Source: a virus
Lineage: Duplodnaviria; Caudoviricetes
IMG/VR virus record: IMGVR_UViG_3300021373_000198
Location: 1-57,201 of that record
Direction: 5' to 3' (one strand)
DNA length: 57,201 nt
Under the pieces are notes generated by a model. The model saw only the letters and a program-made list of their open reading frames with translations. It searched no databases and had not been told where the DNA came from. The position numbers and the translations under genes were made by a program. Below, piece after piece: positions 1-9,173 of the stretch; position 1 is the stretch's first letter; every line of letters begins with the position of its first letter.

Positions 1-217
1 AGATCAGTTCAAATTTGTTAGACAAGTATGTGTCTTGAAATTTTGTTTCTGATTCACAAATTGTTCTAGAGAACGATGGATTTTTATTTTCTATATAAGC
101 GTTGGAATAAGCAGAGTCTTGATTAAAGAACCATGAAAAATCTTTTCCCTCAACTATTTCCTTGAACCACTTGTGCTGTCCGAAAGGCAGCACATCATTA
201 TATTCAACGAAATTCAC
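1..217 (-). CDS. Partial ORF running off the window edge; possible N-terminus of a 2OG-Fe(II) oxygenase-like protein
   Basis: GTG at 217 overlaps the nrdB stop (GTGA). Frame is open to base 1: MNFVEYNDVLPFGQHKWFKEIVEGKDFSWFFNQDS... The family guess rests only on N-terminal resemblance; no catalytic motif lies in the window. Confidence 0.55.
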   Translation of the reverse strand, partial: MNFVEYNDVLPFGQHKWFKEIVEGKDFSWFFNQDSAYSNAYIENKNPSFSRTICESETKFQDTYLSNKFELI

Positions 218-1392
218 AATTTAAATCCAGCAAATGTACTTTCACTAACGTCCTGTTTGATACCACCAATGACATAAGACTCAACCTCTGTCTCCTGTGG
301 TGCTACTTGCATAGACTTGGAATTGAGCCAGTGCTCTGTCCATGGTAAAGGGTTATTGTTTGCTGGGACATCAAAGATCGGTTTTAATCCGATTGACTTC
401 ATACGACGGTTAGCAATCCACTCAACATATTTGGAGAGTAGTTTATCATTCAGTCCGATCATGCTGCCATCTTTGAACAGATACTCCGCCCAGTTCTTCT
501 CTTCCTCCACACATTGTTTGAACATCTCAATGATGTTCTCCTCTTCCTCCTTGGCAATCTCACGCATATCAGGATCATCACCTTCCAACCACTTCTTGAT
601 AATGTTCTGGGTGATAGTCATGTGCTGCGACTCATCGCGAGCAATCAGTCCGATGATCTTGGCGTTGCCCTCCATCATCTTCAGTTCACCAAAAGCGAAA
701 GAACATGCAAAGGAAACATAGAAACGAATACCCTCAAGGATATAGACGTTGACTACAGCACGGTAGAGTTTACGTTTGAGTTCCTTGAGTTCCCACTGTG
801 CAGAATCAACCTGCTCTAATGCCTGTTCCCAACGGTTGCCAGCACCCCACTCCTGGGATGCTTGTAAGAACTCATCGTATGCTGCAGTAACACTCTTGGC
901 CCTCTCCAGGATACGATCATCATCAACGATGGTGTCCAGCACCTCGGTGGGGTCTGGGTATACGTTCTTGATGATGTATGTGTAGGAGCGACTATGAATC
1001 ATCTCCATAGTCTGCCAGATGTTCATGGCACCCTCAAGTTCAGGTAATGAACAGAAAGGACTAAAAGCCATCCCAGGACCACGCCCTTGTACAGAATCCA
1101 GGAGGATCTGGTACTTAAGGTTAGCAGTGAAAATGTGCTTTTGCTCGGGGCGAAGTGTTTGATAGTCTGCACGATCTTTTTGTAGTGACACCTCCTCTGG
1201 TCTCCAGAAATAACCCAGTTGTGTCTGGGTTAGTTTATCAAAGACTGGATATTTAAACTGATCATATCTTTGGACCCCAAGAGGGGCACCAAAGAACATC
1301 TTCTGCTTGGTGGTATCAACTTTGTTCGTATTGAACACGGTCATACCTGTTGGTCTCTTGGGTTCCGTCACTCTAAATCGCGCAACTGTCAC
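214..1392 (-). CDS. nrdB: Ribonucleotide reductase class Ia beta subunit
   Basis: FWRPEEV, LDSVQGRGP, EMIHSRSY, LEGIRFYVSF, DESQH diiron motifs; C-terminal QVAPQETEVESY. GAGGAGG lies upstream of the GTG start. Confidence 0.97.
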   Translation of the reverse strand: MTVARFRVTEPKRPTGMTVFNTNKVDTTKQKMFFGAPLGVQRYDQFKYPVFDKLTQTQLGYFWRPEEVSLQKDRADYQTLRPEQKHIFTANLKYQILLDSVQGRGPGMAFSPFCSLPELEGAMNIWQTMEMIHSRSYTYIIKNVYPDPTEVLDTIVDDDRILERAKSVTAAYDEFLQASQEWGAGNRWEQALEQVDSAQWELKELKRKLYRAVVNVYILEGIRFYVSFACSFAFGELKMMEGNAKIIGLIARDESQHMTITQNIIKKWLEGDDPDMREIAKEEEENIIEMFKQCVEEEKNWAEYLFKDGSMIGLNDKLLSKYVEWIANRRMKSIGLKPIFDVPANNNPLPWTEHWLNSKSMQVAPQETEVESYVIGGIKQDVSESTFAGFKL

Positions 1393-3682
1393 AAGCTTCC
1401 TCCTCGGTGTCTAGAATTTTATTTAATAGGTCTTCGATAGATTGTTTCTCTTCTTTTGGTTCCTCTACTTCATCGCTCTTATTGTCGTAGGTGTTCTGGT
1501 AGTAAGATGTCTTCCAACCATACTTATATGTATTCAAAAAGTCACCCGCCATTACGGACACTGGGACTTCATTGTTGGGGTAGTTCTCTGGATTGTAAGA
1601 CCAGTTTCCACTGATGGCTTGGTCGAAGAACTTTTGCATGACTGCGACCACGTTGATATAGCCGCTATTATTAGGCATGTCCCACAGTAAAGTATAATTA
1701 TTTTTGAGAGTGTTGAACTGCGGTACAATCTGTTTAAGGGGTCCCTTCTTGCTCTTTTTAACGGACAAGTATCCGCGAGGTGGTTCGATTCCATTGGTTG
1801 CATTTGACACAACGGAACTGCTCTCCGAAGGCATTTGTGCGGACAGTGTGCTGTGTCGTAGTCCATGTTCGACGATGCTGGATCGTAAAGTCTCCCAATC
1901 ATAATTGTACTCTGGGTTCACCAGTTCATCTACGTCTTTCTTGTATGTATCAATTGGCAGAATACCGTCTGCATACTTGGTGCGATCAAAGTAACCACAC
2001 TTTCCTTTTTCGATAGCAATCTGATTAGATGCTTTCAGAAGATTGTATTGGAAAGACTCTGTAAGGGCATGTACTTTCTTAAGTGCTTCAGGATCGTCAT
2101 AGGATACGCCCTGCTTGGCGAGGTAATGGGCAAGACCGATATACCCAACCCCAAGAGACCTACGGTTGATTGTAGACGCTTCTGCTGCCTTTACAGGGTA
2201 CTGTTGGTAATCAATCAATTCCTCCAGACCGCGAACAGCCAGATCACACAGCTCTTCCATATCATCCAGAGACTTTAGTTTGCCTACGTTGACAGCAGAC
2301 AAAATACACAGAGCAATCTCACCTTCGCCATCAATATGCTGAAGAGGATCTGTAGGCAGGGTGATCTCCTGGCACAGATTGCTCATGTTCACCTTGTCCT
2401 TGAAGGAAGAGTGACTGTTGCAGTGGTCGATGTTCATCAGATACATCCGACCAGTCTCTGCTCGCTCCTTCAGGAGGTCCAGAATGAGTGCTTGAGCTTT
2501 GATAGTTTTCTTTGGAATCGATTCATCAGATTCATAGCGCGTATAGAGATCATCAAATTTGTCAGTGCCAAAAGCATTATAAAGACCTGGGACATCGTGA
2601 GGTGAGAATAACGTGATGTCTCCATCCGTGATGAATCGCTCGTAGAAGAGTTTGGAGAGTTGGATTGAGTAGTCGAGTTTTCGGACACGGTTATCTTCGC
2701 TTCCTTTGTTATTCTTTAGGACAATGATGTCTTGGATTTCTTGGTGCCAGATTGGGAAGTGGACAGTTGCGCTTCCACCTCGAATGCCATTTTGAGTGCA
2801 GCATCTGACAGTGCTCTCAAACTTTTTGAGGAATGGAATAACACCCGTGTGCGCGACTTCTCCACCTCTGATCTTACTGTTGACGCCACGGATTCTGCCT
2901 GCGTTGATACCGATGCCCGCCCTTTGTGCAACATATCTGCCGATAGCCATATCAGAACTAAAGATGCTATCGAGGGTGTCATCAGAATCAACAAGAACAC
3001 AGCTAGCAAATTGTCGAAGTGGAGTTCGCACTCCCGCCATGATAGGTGTGGGAATGTTGATTTTGTGCTTTGAGATTGCGTTGTAGTATCGTCTGACATA
3101 ATCGAGTCTCGTAGACAAGGGGTATTCTGCGAAGAGAGTCAAGGCAATCATCATATACATGTACTGGGGAGTCTCATAGACATCTCCACCACTACGATCC
3201 TGAACAAGATACTTGTCCACTACCTGGCGAAGACCAGCATAGGTAAACAGGTAGTCACGATCATGATCAATCCAACTATCAATCTTGATCCAATCTTCAT
3301 CGCTATACTTATCTAGGATTTCTTCATCGTAGACTTTATTAACTGTAGCATTATAAGCCGCGACATCAAAGACAGAAGGCATACCTTCCTTCCAAATGTT
3401 CTTGTGGAAAGTTTGCTTACGCAGACCGAATAGCAGCAGGCGAGCAGCGACGAACTGATAGTTAGGATGGTCCAGGTCGATCAGATCAGAAGCAGAACGA
3501 ATCAGGATCTCTTGGATAGCCTCGGTGGTGATACCGTCATAGAACTGGATGCCCGAGTTCATTTCTACCTGCGATGCAGAGACACCACCAAGTCCCTTAC
3601 ATGCTTCATCGACCATCTTATGAATCTTATCCAAGTTGAGAGGTTCTTGTGAACCGTCTCGCTTTACAACATTGATGCTCAT
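1373..3682 (-). CDS. nrdA: Ribonucleotide reductase class Ia alpha subunit
   Basis: ATP-cone N-terminus (VVKRDG), PTPIMAG, SCVL, SNLCQEI, MPSESSS, KTSYY, C-terminal CDSC. Start chosen at ATG 3682 (ATGA overlap with primase stop) rather than 3694. Confidence 0.97.
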   Translation of the reverse strand: MSINVVKRDGSQEPLNLDKIHKMVDEACKGLGGVSASQVEMNSGIQFYDGITTEAIQEILIRSASDLIDLDHPNYQFVAARLLLFGLRKQTFHKNIWKEGMPSVFDVAAYNATVNKVYDEEILDKYSDEDWIKIDSWIDHDRDYLFTYAGLRQVVDKYLVQDRSGGDVYETPQYMYMMIALTLFAEYPLSTRLDYVRRYYNAISKHKINIPTPIMAGVRTPLRQFASCVLVDSDDTLDSIFSSDMAIGRYVAQRAGIGINAGRIRGVNSKIRGGEVAHTGVIPFLKKFESTVRCCTQNGIRGGSATVHFPIWHQEIQDIIVLKNNKGSEDNRVRKLDYSIQLSKLFYERFITDGDITLFSPHDVPGLYNAFGTDKFDDLYTRYESDESIPKKTIKAQALILDLLKERAETGRMYLMNIDHCNSHSSFKDKVNMSNLCQEITLPTDPLQHIDGEGEIALCILSAVNVGKLKSLDDMEELCDLAVRGLEELIDYQQYPVKAAEASTINRRSLGVGYIGLAHYLAKQGVSYDDPEALKKVHALTESFQYNLLKASNQIAIEKGKCGYFDRTKYADGILPIDTYKKDVDELVNPEYNYDWETLRSSIVEHGLRHSTLSAQMPSESSSVVSNATNGIEPPRGYLSVKKSKKGPLKQIVPQFNTLKNNYTLLWDMPNNSGYINVVAVMQKFFDQAISGNWSYNPENYPNNEVPVSVMAGDFLNTYKYGWKTSYYQNTYDNKSDEVEEPKEEKQSIEDLLNKILDTEEEACDSCAI

Positions 3683-4674
3683 ACCTTTTTCCATTCGTTC
3701 AGTTTAAGAGTTGCTTCTAATCCTTGATATACATTGGATTCTACCACAGATTGAACGTCATGTCCATGAAGAACCATGTCATTGATGTCTTTCTGTGTGA
3801 TTGATTTAGGCCAGATAACTACGGAGTTGCCTTGATTGATTGAGTTACGGATTCGGTTGACGATTTGTGGGTTTCGGGGTTCGTTATCATAAACATAGCA
3901 GCAATCGCTAGCAAACCCACTAGGAAGTAGAACATCACTTCCGCACATAGCAATCGAATTGCGAATGAACGTTGAGTCGAAAGGACCTTCGCATATGTAT
4001 ACTCTTTCATTAGTGTTTACCTTATCAAGACCAAAAAGTTTCGGTTGATTCTCGTCAAGAATAACCGTGATGTACCGTAGTTTCGTTGCTTTAGATAGTG
4101 ACCTACCTTGAAAACCAAATAGTTTTTTGTCTGCTGTGTATAGAGGCAGAATAATACGTGGACTATCACCTCTCATGTCAGAGAAGGTTTCTTTCTGTTG
4201 ATTGGTCCACTCCTTAAATTTAGGACAGTAAAAGAAGTAATCGAGATCTTTAATTTTTCGTTGCTCTAGATATTGCCTCGCCAGGTGAGAAGTATTTAGC
4301 TCCGAAATCTTTTGCAGTTTGATATCTTGTTCTGATTTCTTGAAGACTGGCTTCTTGAATTCAAACTTGGGTGATGCAGTTTGAGTATTCTTACCAGTCA
4401 ACCCCTCCCTATATCGTTCCAGGACATACTCATCGTAAAGAAGTTTGTTCTGATCCTTCAGGAAGTTAGTAAAAGTCCTACCTGCACCACAGTTGTGGCA
4501 CTTGTAAACATAATCATTCTTCTTCTTAAACAGATACCCCCGTGCCTTGTCCTTACGCTTCTGGGAGTCACCACAGTATGGACAACGAAAGTTATACAGT
4601 CCTTCTTTCTTGCGTTCAAACCTCTGAAGAGAGGCAGAAACCATGCTGATATACTTTACGTCAAGATAGCTCAC
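3679..4674 (-). CDS. gp61: T4-like DNA primase
   Basis: NFRCPYCGDS...CHNC zinc ribbon, TOPRIM motifs EGPFDS, YDNEPRN, KDINDM. Confidence 0.95.
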   Translation of the reverse strand: MSYLDVKYISMVSASLQRFERKKEGLYNFRCPYCGDSQKRKDKARGYLFKKKNDYVYKCHNCGAGRTFTNFLKDQNKLLYDEYVLERYREGLTGKNTQTASPKFEFKKPVFKKSEQDIKLQKISELNTSHLARQYLEQRKIKDLDYFFYCPKFKEWTNQQKETFSDMRGDSPRIILPLYTADKKLFGFQGRSLSKATKLRYITVILDENQPKLFGLDKVNTNERVYICEGPFDSTFIRNSIAMCGSDVLLPSGFASDCCYVYDNEPRNPQIVNRIRNSINQGNSVVIWPKSITQKDINDMVLHGHDVQSVVESNVYQGLEATLKLNEWKKV

Positions 4675-5095
4675 GGACCACAGGATTCACTGATCCCATG
4701 ATACCACTGGTTTGTATGTTAGTCAAGGGTCTTAACATAGGTCCAACCACTTGTCCAACCGCCACAAGAGTGGCAAGCACAGCACCTGCACCGACCACAA
4801 ACTTCTGATTCGCATCAACTTTCTTTTGAATGCGATCGATTCTTTCGTGCAAGATATTATGATTTTTTTCCTCTTGCTTTTTCATCTCCTCAATCATTTT
4901 AATGATGAGTTGATCCGATCTTTCACTATCATCCAGACGATTTTCATGACGCTCCAATACAATAGCAATTTTGTTGCTGTTGTCAGAGATAGTTGTTACC
5001 GCTCTCTCAAGCTTGTCAAGCATCTCTTTAGAGAGATCTTCATAAATTCCCAGTTTACTTTCCAAAACTGCTAGTTTACCAAGACCAAAGGCCAT
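4661..5095 (-). CDS. Hypothetical coiled-coil protein with C-terminal hydrophobic segment
   Basis: 144 aa, GAGGAG SD, heptad-rich, hydrophobic tail FVVGAGAVLATLVAVG. Confidence 0.75.
   Translation of the reverse strand: MAFGLGKLAVLESKLGIYEDLSKEMLDKLERAVTTISDNSNKIAIVLERHENRLDDSERSDQLIIKMIEEMKKQEEKNHNILHERIDRIQKKVDANQKFVVGAGAVLATLVAVGQVVGPMLRPLTNIQTSGIMGSVNPVVRELS
4698..4726 (-). promoter_or_regulatory. Sigma70-like promoter upstream of g61-nrdA-nrdB
   Basis: TTGACT-17 nt-TATCAT with TG extended -10, inside the 3' end of the preceding ORF. Confidence 0.65.
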
Positions 5096-5107
5096 GTCGC
5101 TCCTCTA

Positions 5108-5827
5108 TCAAACGTTACGGATAGCAAAGTCAAGAGCGGATTGATAAGTAGCAGCGTCTTTGTTCAGCATGTAGCGGAACTGGGTCTGTTGCTCATCAGG
5201 CAGCTGTGCATAACAAGCAGCGATACGCTTCGCTGAAAAATTGTCCAGGTTCTGTTGCGATCCATCACCAAAGGTGATCTTGGCGAATGATGCTTCTCCT
5301 GTTGGGTTGAGTTCCGAGGTTGCAACTTCTAATGCAACTTCCAGAGCGTCCACTTGTGCAGTGTTTTCAGTAATCATGTTAGTAGTCACGTCAGTTTCTT
5401 CTTTCTTGAGTTTCTTGGTTTGATCAGATGCTTTCTTTTTGAAGTCTGCCATACGAGCCTTCATAAGAACGTCCATTTCTTTCGTCTTGGACTGCATCTT
5501 CTTCTTTGCTTCGTCGCGCTTCTTCTGCAGATCTTTAGCACGGTTCAGTTTCTTCATCTGACCGATCTGCTTCTGCGCTCTCTCGGTCTCCGAGGGTGCA
5601 GCTTCAGAAATAGTTTTTTCTAGTTCTTCTTTCATTTTCTTACGGGACTGTATACGAGAGAGCATAGATTTTGCACCCTTGGTGCGACCATCTACCTTAT
5701 CTTGATTTGCTTTTTTATAGCGACGATGCGATCTAGGATTGACAAATACAAAAGCAGGTGGAATCTGCAGACCAGCACCATTGCCTGCCATCATTTCATT
5801 CAAATTAGGTTTAGTTCCTTCAGACAT
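5108..5827 (-). CDS. Hypothetical Lys/Glu-rich late protein, probable virion/internal head protein
   Basis: 239 aa in the late block; several (L/I)xE sites (NLNE, TISE, MITE) resembling gp21 cleavage sites. Confidence 0.7.
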   Translation of the reverse strand: MSEGTKPNLNEMMAGNGAGLQIPPAFVFVNPRSHRRYKKANQDKVDGRTKGAKSMLSRIQSRKKMKEELEKTISEAAPSETERAQKQIGQMKKLNRAKDLQKKRDEAKKKMQSKTKEMDVLMKARMADFKKKASDQTKKLKKEETDVTTNMITENTAQVDALEVALEVATSELNPTGEASFAKITFGDGSQQNLDNFSAKRIAACYAQLPDEQQTQFRYMLNKDAATYQSALDFAIRNV

Positions 5828-6156
5828 TCTTGATCAACTTCTTCGTTTAAAGATTCAGGTAGACGATTAAGTACAAGCATAAATGCTTTTAGTGCTGGCC
5901 AGTGTGTCGCCTCTATCTTATAGAAGAGTAGAGGCGTAGCAGCATCATCAAATACATTATACATCACAATGACATGATTTAATATAAGATGAGTCTTCAA
6001 TTCGCCATGAGTTTCATAGCGACGAAACAACCTTTTGATGTACTTAATCTTATTTAGATCTTTCTTAAAGTCATCAAAGGTAACAGAATTAGGATTATTA
6101 TAATGTTTAATAGCAAACATTACCCAGTTGTCTGGGGTCAACTCATCAAATAGCAT
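5800..6156 (-). CDS. Conserved T4-like cyanophage hypothetical protein
   Basis: 118 aa, MLFDELTPDNWVMFAIKHYNNP...YIKRLFRRY...LILNH pattern typical of marine T4-like phages. Confidence 0.8.
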   Translation of the reverse strand: MLFDELTPDNWVMFAIKHYNNPNSVTFDDFKKDLNKIKYIKRLFRRYETHGELKTHLILNHVIVMYNVFDDAATPLLFYKIEATHWPALKAFMLVLNRLPESLNEEVDQECLKELNLI

Positions 6157-6163
6157 TTACTCA

Positions 6164-6745
6164 TCAAGCAACGGTGAGCAGAGCAGCATCAGAGGTGACA
6201 TCAGCACCACCAACAACAGAGATGACTACACGATACTGATAAGTATCAAATCCTGTAGCATCAGAGATGTCAAGGGTTGCACCAGTAGCACCACTGTATA
6301 CTCCGCCATCTACGACATTAACAAATCCAAGTCCTTGATCTTCTTGCCACTGGAAGGATAGTGTTCCACCTGCTGGGCGAGATACCGCAGCAACAACAAA
6401 CTGTGCGGGATCACCAGTCAATACAGAAGCAGCTTGTGGTTGGTTATCAATAGTGATAGCGAAGTCTGCTGCGATTGCGTCGTCTGGTTGAGTCTCGTTA
6501 GAGTTGAGATCAGGATTAGCGATGGTTACAAGATGCTCTGCCTTATGACGGACGTTACCTTCGCCATCAGTATAGGTGTAGTATGACCACCAACCAGGGG
6601 CATTGATACCACGATCCTTGTTCTCTTTCAAGGCCGCTTCTTGGTTATCTACAAATACAATAGTTTTTGCTTGAGCAGATGCTGCAATACCGCGACTTGC
6701 TTTCGTCACGTTGTCAGCACTGTCCGTTCTTCCGTATAAGGACAT
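6164..6745 (-). CDS. Virion structural protein with C-terminal Ig-like domain
   Basis: C-terminal ITIDNQPQ...LSFQWQ...GATGATLDIS...YQYRVVIS is an Ig-like pattern; TATAAATA late promoter upstream. Confidence 0.75.
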   Translation of the reverse strand: MSLYGRTDSADNVTKASRGIAASAQAKTIVFVDNQEAALKENKDRGINAPGWWSYYTYTDGEGNVRHKAEHLVTIANPDLNSNETQPDDAIAADFAITIDNQPQAASVLTGDPAQFVVAAVSRPAGGTLSFQWQEDQGLGFVNVVDGGVYSGATGATLDISDATGFDTYQYRVVISVVGGADVTSDAALLTVA

Positions 6746-6777
6746 GGTTTTTCCAGCGCGTTAATTTACCTAGTATA

Positions 6778-6785
6778 TATTTATA
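6778..6785 (-). promoter_or_regulatory. T4-type late promoter TATAAATA
   Basis: Exact gp55 consensus about 30 nt upstream of the ATG at 6745. Confidence 0.8.
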
Positions 6786-6812
6786 AAAAATGGGAGAGGC
6801 GTACCTCTCCCA
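6785..6812 (-). terminator. Rho-independent terminator
   Basis: TGGGAGAGG-TACG-CCTCTCCCA followed by TTTTTT. Confidence 0.85.
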
Positions 6813-6818
6813 ATATAT

Positions 6819-7037
6819 TCATTCACCTTCTGCAGGTGCTTCCTCTCTTGATTTAATAGCAGCGGAGACAACTTCTAGAAGTTGATCATCCATATCAGTC
6901 TTCGTGAGTTTAACTGCTTTGCCTAGAATAACCAGACAAATGTCGATTAGTTTCTCACCTAGTTCTTCGTTATCGGGAATTTTAGATACTGCATCAGAAA
7001 TAATTTTTGATGCAAGTGGAAGTAGAAATGCAAGCAT
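6819..7037 (-). CDS. Small hypothetical amphipathic protein (72 aa)
   Basis: Start re-assigned to ATG 7037 (MLAFLLPLASKII...TKTDMDDQLL), downstream of AATAAATA at 7064-7071. Confidence 0.7.
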   Translation of the reverse strand: MLAFLLPLASKIISDAVSKIPDNEELGEKLIDICLVILGKAVKLTKTDMDDQLLEVVSAAIKSREEAPAEGE

Positions 7038-7062
7038 GATTTTAAGGGCATAATGTGCCCTA

Positions 7063-7317
7063 TTATTTATTCTTGTTCTTATGCTTCCACGCAGTAGCGT
7101 ATGCAATACCCTCTTTATCTTTAGGATAGTTCTTCTTAATGTGCTTTACCATCCTTTCGTACTTCTTACCAGGAGGAGCGACTTCATCGAGTTCAACTGA
7201 CTCTTTTTGCTGCTTCTTCACGGCACCGAGAACATACTTCTTATGCTTCTTTTTAGCAGAAGCATCTTCCGCTCCGTCTTTGATGTCAGGCATCACTTCG
7301 ACGGAAGCGGCTTTCAC
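7063..7317 (-). CDS. Lys-rich hypothetical late protein; possibly the -1 frameshift extension of 7314..8360
   Basis: GTG overlaps the upstream stop directly after A_AAA_AAG; contains ELDE|VAPPG...IAYATAWK module. Confidence 0.65.
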   Translation of the reverse strand: MKAASVEVMPDIKDGAEDASAKKKHKKYVLGAVKKQQKESVELDEVAPPGKKYERMVKHIKKNYPKDKEGIAYATAWKHKNKNK

Positions 7318-8360
7318 TTTTTTTCTTCTTCAATCTCCCCACGAAGCTCTGCCTGCTCCTTCATCTTCTTTTTGGTGTTGATGATCTTGGAGACTTTCTT
7401 GCGGCGAGCAAGTAGATACTTGTCGGACTTGTCATGATCACCGTCATTGTCAACGTCCTTGTCTTCCTTGCCTACAGGATCAAGTTTCTTCTCACCAAGA
7501 ACTTCTCTGTTCTTTGCGTCGTTAACAACGTGCTCATGAACTTCACTGATCATGATCTCAAGGTCTTCTACAGGTACATTATGGAGAATGGTGGTCTCTC
7601 TCATAATATCATAGTGAGTTACTGTTCCATCCTCAAGCATGGTGTGCTCACCAGGGATGACAGTGTACTCAAGACCTTCTTTCTTGACTTTCTTTGCACA
7701 GTTGTGCTTCTTAACCATCTTGCCAGACTTGGGGTCCTTCTCAAAGTATTCCTTAACGCAGTTATCAACACGCTTGCCACCCTTCATCTTGGTGCCCATT
7801 TGCTTGTATCCTTTCCAACAAGCTTTACCATCGAGACCTTTTTTCTTCTCCATCATGTATGTGACACCTTCGAGTTCAAACTCATAAGTTGTACCAACCA
7901 GTTCTTCATGGACTGTCTCTTCTTTCTTCATAGCAGCCTTATCTTTCTTCTCACACTTGGAGCACCCTTTTCCTCCACAATAAGAGCAGGCTTCCTCACG
8001 GGCAACCACCTTCGTGGTGTCTTTAATTTCTGATCCGTGAGATTGTTTGATACCTGTACCAGCACGAAGATTGGGAGCAGGATCAGGCGCACCAGAATTT
8101 GTTTTGGGATCCTTTGTAGAGAAATCATCTGCTTTCGCCTCCTTTCCTGCGAGGGATGGGATTGATGTAGAAGAATCAGCACCACCTGCAGGACCAGGAG
8201 TTGGAAGTTCTTTCTTTTCTGGTGCTGGGATTGTAGTAGCCTCTTTAATTGTGGACTGTTGGAATCCTTCTCCACCCATCCATCTACCATATGCTTCAAT
8301 CAAAGCATTTGAATAAGCATCATTATGTTGCACACTATTGACTGGTTTTTGTCTTTCCAT
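7314..8360 (-). CDS. Modular charged late protein, probable internal head protein
   Basis: 348 aa of short modules (CWKGYKQMG...DNCVK; HNCAKKV...HYDI; KKLDPVGKEDKDVDNDGDHDKSDKYL) separated by Glu-ending motifs; TATAAATA at 8391-8398. Confidence 0.75.
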   Translation of the reverse strand: MERQKPVNSVQHNDAYSNALIEAYGRWMGGEGFQQSTIKEATTIPAPEKKELPTPGPAGGADSSTSIPSLAGKEAKADDFSTKDPKTNSGAPDPAPNLRAGTGIKQSHGSEIKDTTKVVAREEACSYCGGKGCSKCEKKDKAAMKKEETVHEELVGTTYEFELEGVTYMMEKKKGLDGKACWKGYKQMGTKMKGGKRVDNCVKEYFEKDPKSGKMVKKHNCAKKVKKEGLEYTVIPGEHTMLEDGTVTHYDIMRETTILHNVPVEDLEIMISEVHEHVVNDAKNREVLGEKKLDPVGKEDKDVDNDGDHDKSDKYLLARRKKVSKIINTKKKMKEQAELRGEIEEEKK

Positions 8361-8613
8361 TGTTGAAAATACTACTACTTTTCCTTTCTTTATTTATAGT
8401 GTCCGTCACGTTAACGTGCCGCACATCCTTAATCCACGCACGAAACATGTCTCCTGACTCGGTAATTGCGATGACATAGTTGACACCAGCACGATGAATC
8501 GTGCCTTTCTCACCAGTGATAGACGACATGATAACATCACCCTCCACAAAGACATCACCTTGTCTATGTTGCTGACGCAGTGCTTCTTCGCGTAGTGTCT
8601 TGAAATTTTTCAT
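8335..8613 (-). CDS. Small beta-rich hypothetical protein with capsid-targeting-like N-terminus
   Basis: MKNFKTLREE resembles the T4 internal-protein targeting sequence (MKTYQEFIAE); body GDVI...GEKGTIHRAGVNYVI is SH3/KOW-like by eye. Confidence 0.7.
   Translation of the reverse strand: MKNFKTLREEALRQQHRQGDVFVEGDVIMSSITGEKGTIHRAGVNYVIAITESGDMFRAWIKDVRHVNVTDTINKERKSSSIFNNGKTKTSQ
8391..8398 (-). promoter_or_regulatory. T4-type late promoter TATAAATA
   Basis: Exact consensus 30 nt upstream of ATG 8360. Confidence 0.8.
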
Positions 8614-9173
8614 TTATAGTTGTCTGGCAAATTACTCTTAATCTCTGCCATAAGTGCCCTACAATCCTTCTCCGATAACGCTTTAGGTATACCCTGGCGG
8701 AATGTTTTGAAGTCGTTGGCCGCAGCAGCACGTCTCATTTTAGTACCCGAGATAGCAAAAGTGTCTCCGTCAGCATCTCTGCTGCCCGAAGACTCAATGC
8801 GGATACTTCTAAAGGAGTAATCCTTACCATTATATTTATGGAGGAACTGCATGGCATTAACTCTATCAGAACCCACCAAGAATACTACATCATCATACCC
8901 AGCGAGCATGAGTTCTTGTAAGATTGCAACAGGTTGTTTGGGTCCCGAAAATATTTTACCACGATGTTGCGGAAACATCAAGTTCATGTAGTGCAATTTA
9001 CGATCAGGAGGTAGAGGGTTATTACCTTTAGCATCAACAGACTGTGAGATGTAGATGCGATAGTCATGCTGACCAGCAGCACGTTTCACGCCATTGAAGT
9101 TATCTTCATGACCTGTTGTAGGTGGTTGGAACCTACCAAATGTGAAGTAACATACCTTTCCTTCTAACGCCAT
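8610..9173 (-). CDS. HIGH-superfamily nucleotidyltransferase (cytidylyltransferase-like)
   Basis: FTFGRFQPPTTGH (GxFxPxHxGH variant), NPLP, VGSDR, ISGTKMR (SxTxxR). Confidence 0.85.
   Translation of the reverse strand: MALEGKVCYFTFGRFQPPTTGHEDNFNGVKRAAGQHDYRIYISQSVDAKGNNPLPPDRKLHYMNLMFPQHRGKIFSGPKQPVAILQELMLAGYDDVVFLVGSDRVNAMQFLHKYNGKDYSFRSIRIESSGSRDADGDTFAISGTKMRRAAAANDFKTFRQGIPKALSEKDCRALMAEIKSNLPDNYK

Noticed and set aside
3679-3694. G_AAA_AAG near the primase stop that could shift into nrdA
   Set aside because: Weaker heptamer, ordinary ATGA coupling explains the layout, and a primase-RNR fusion has no support.
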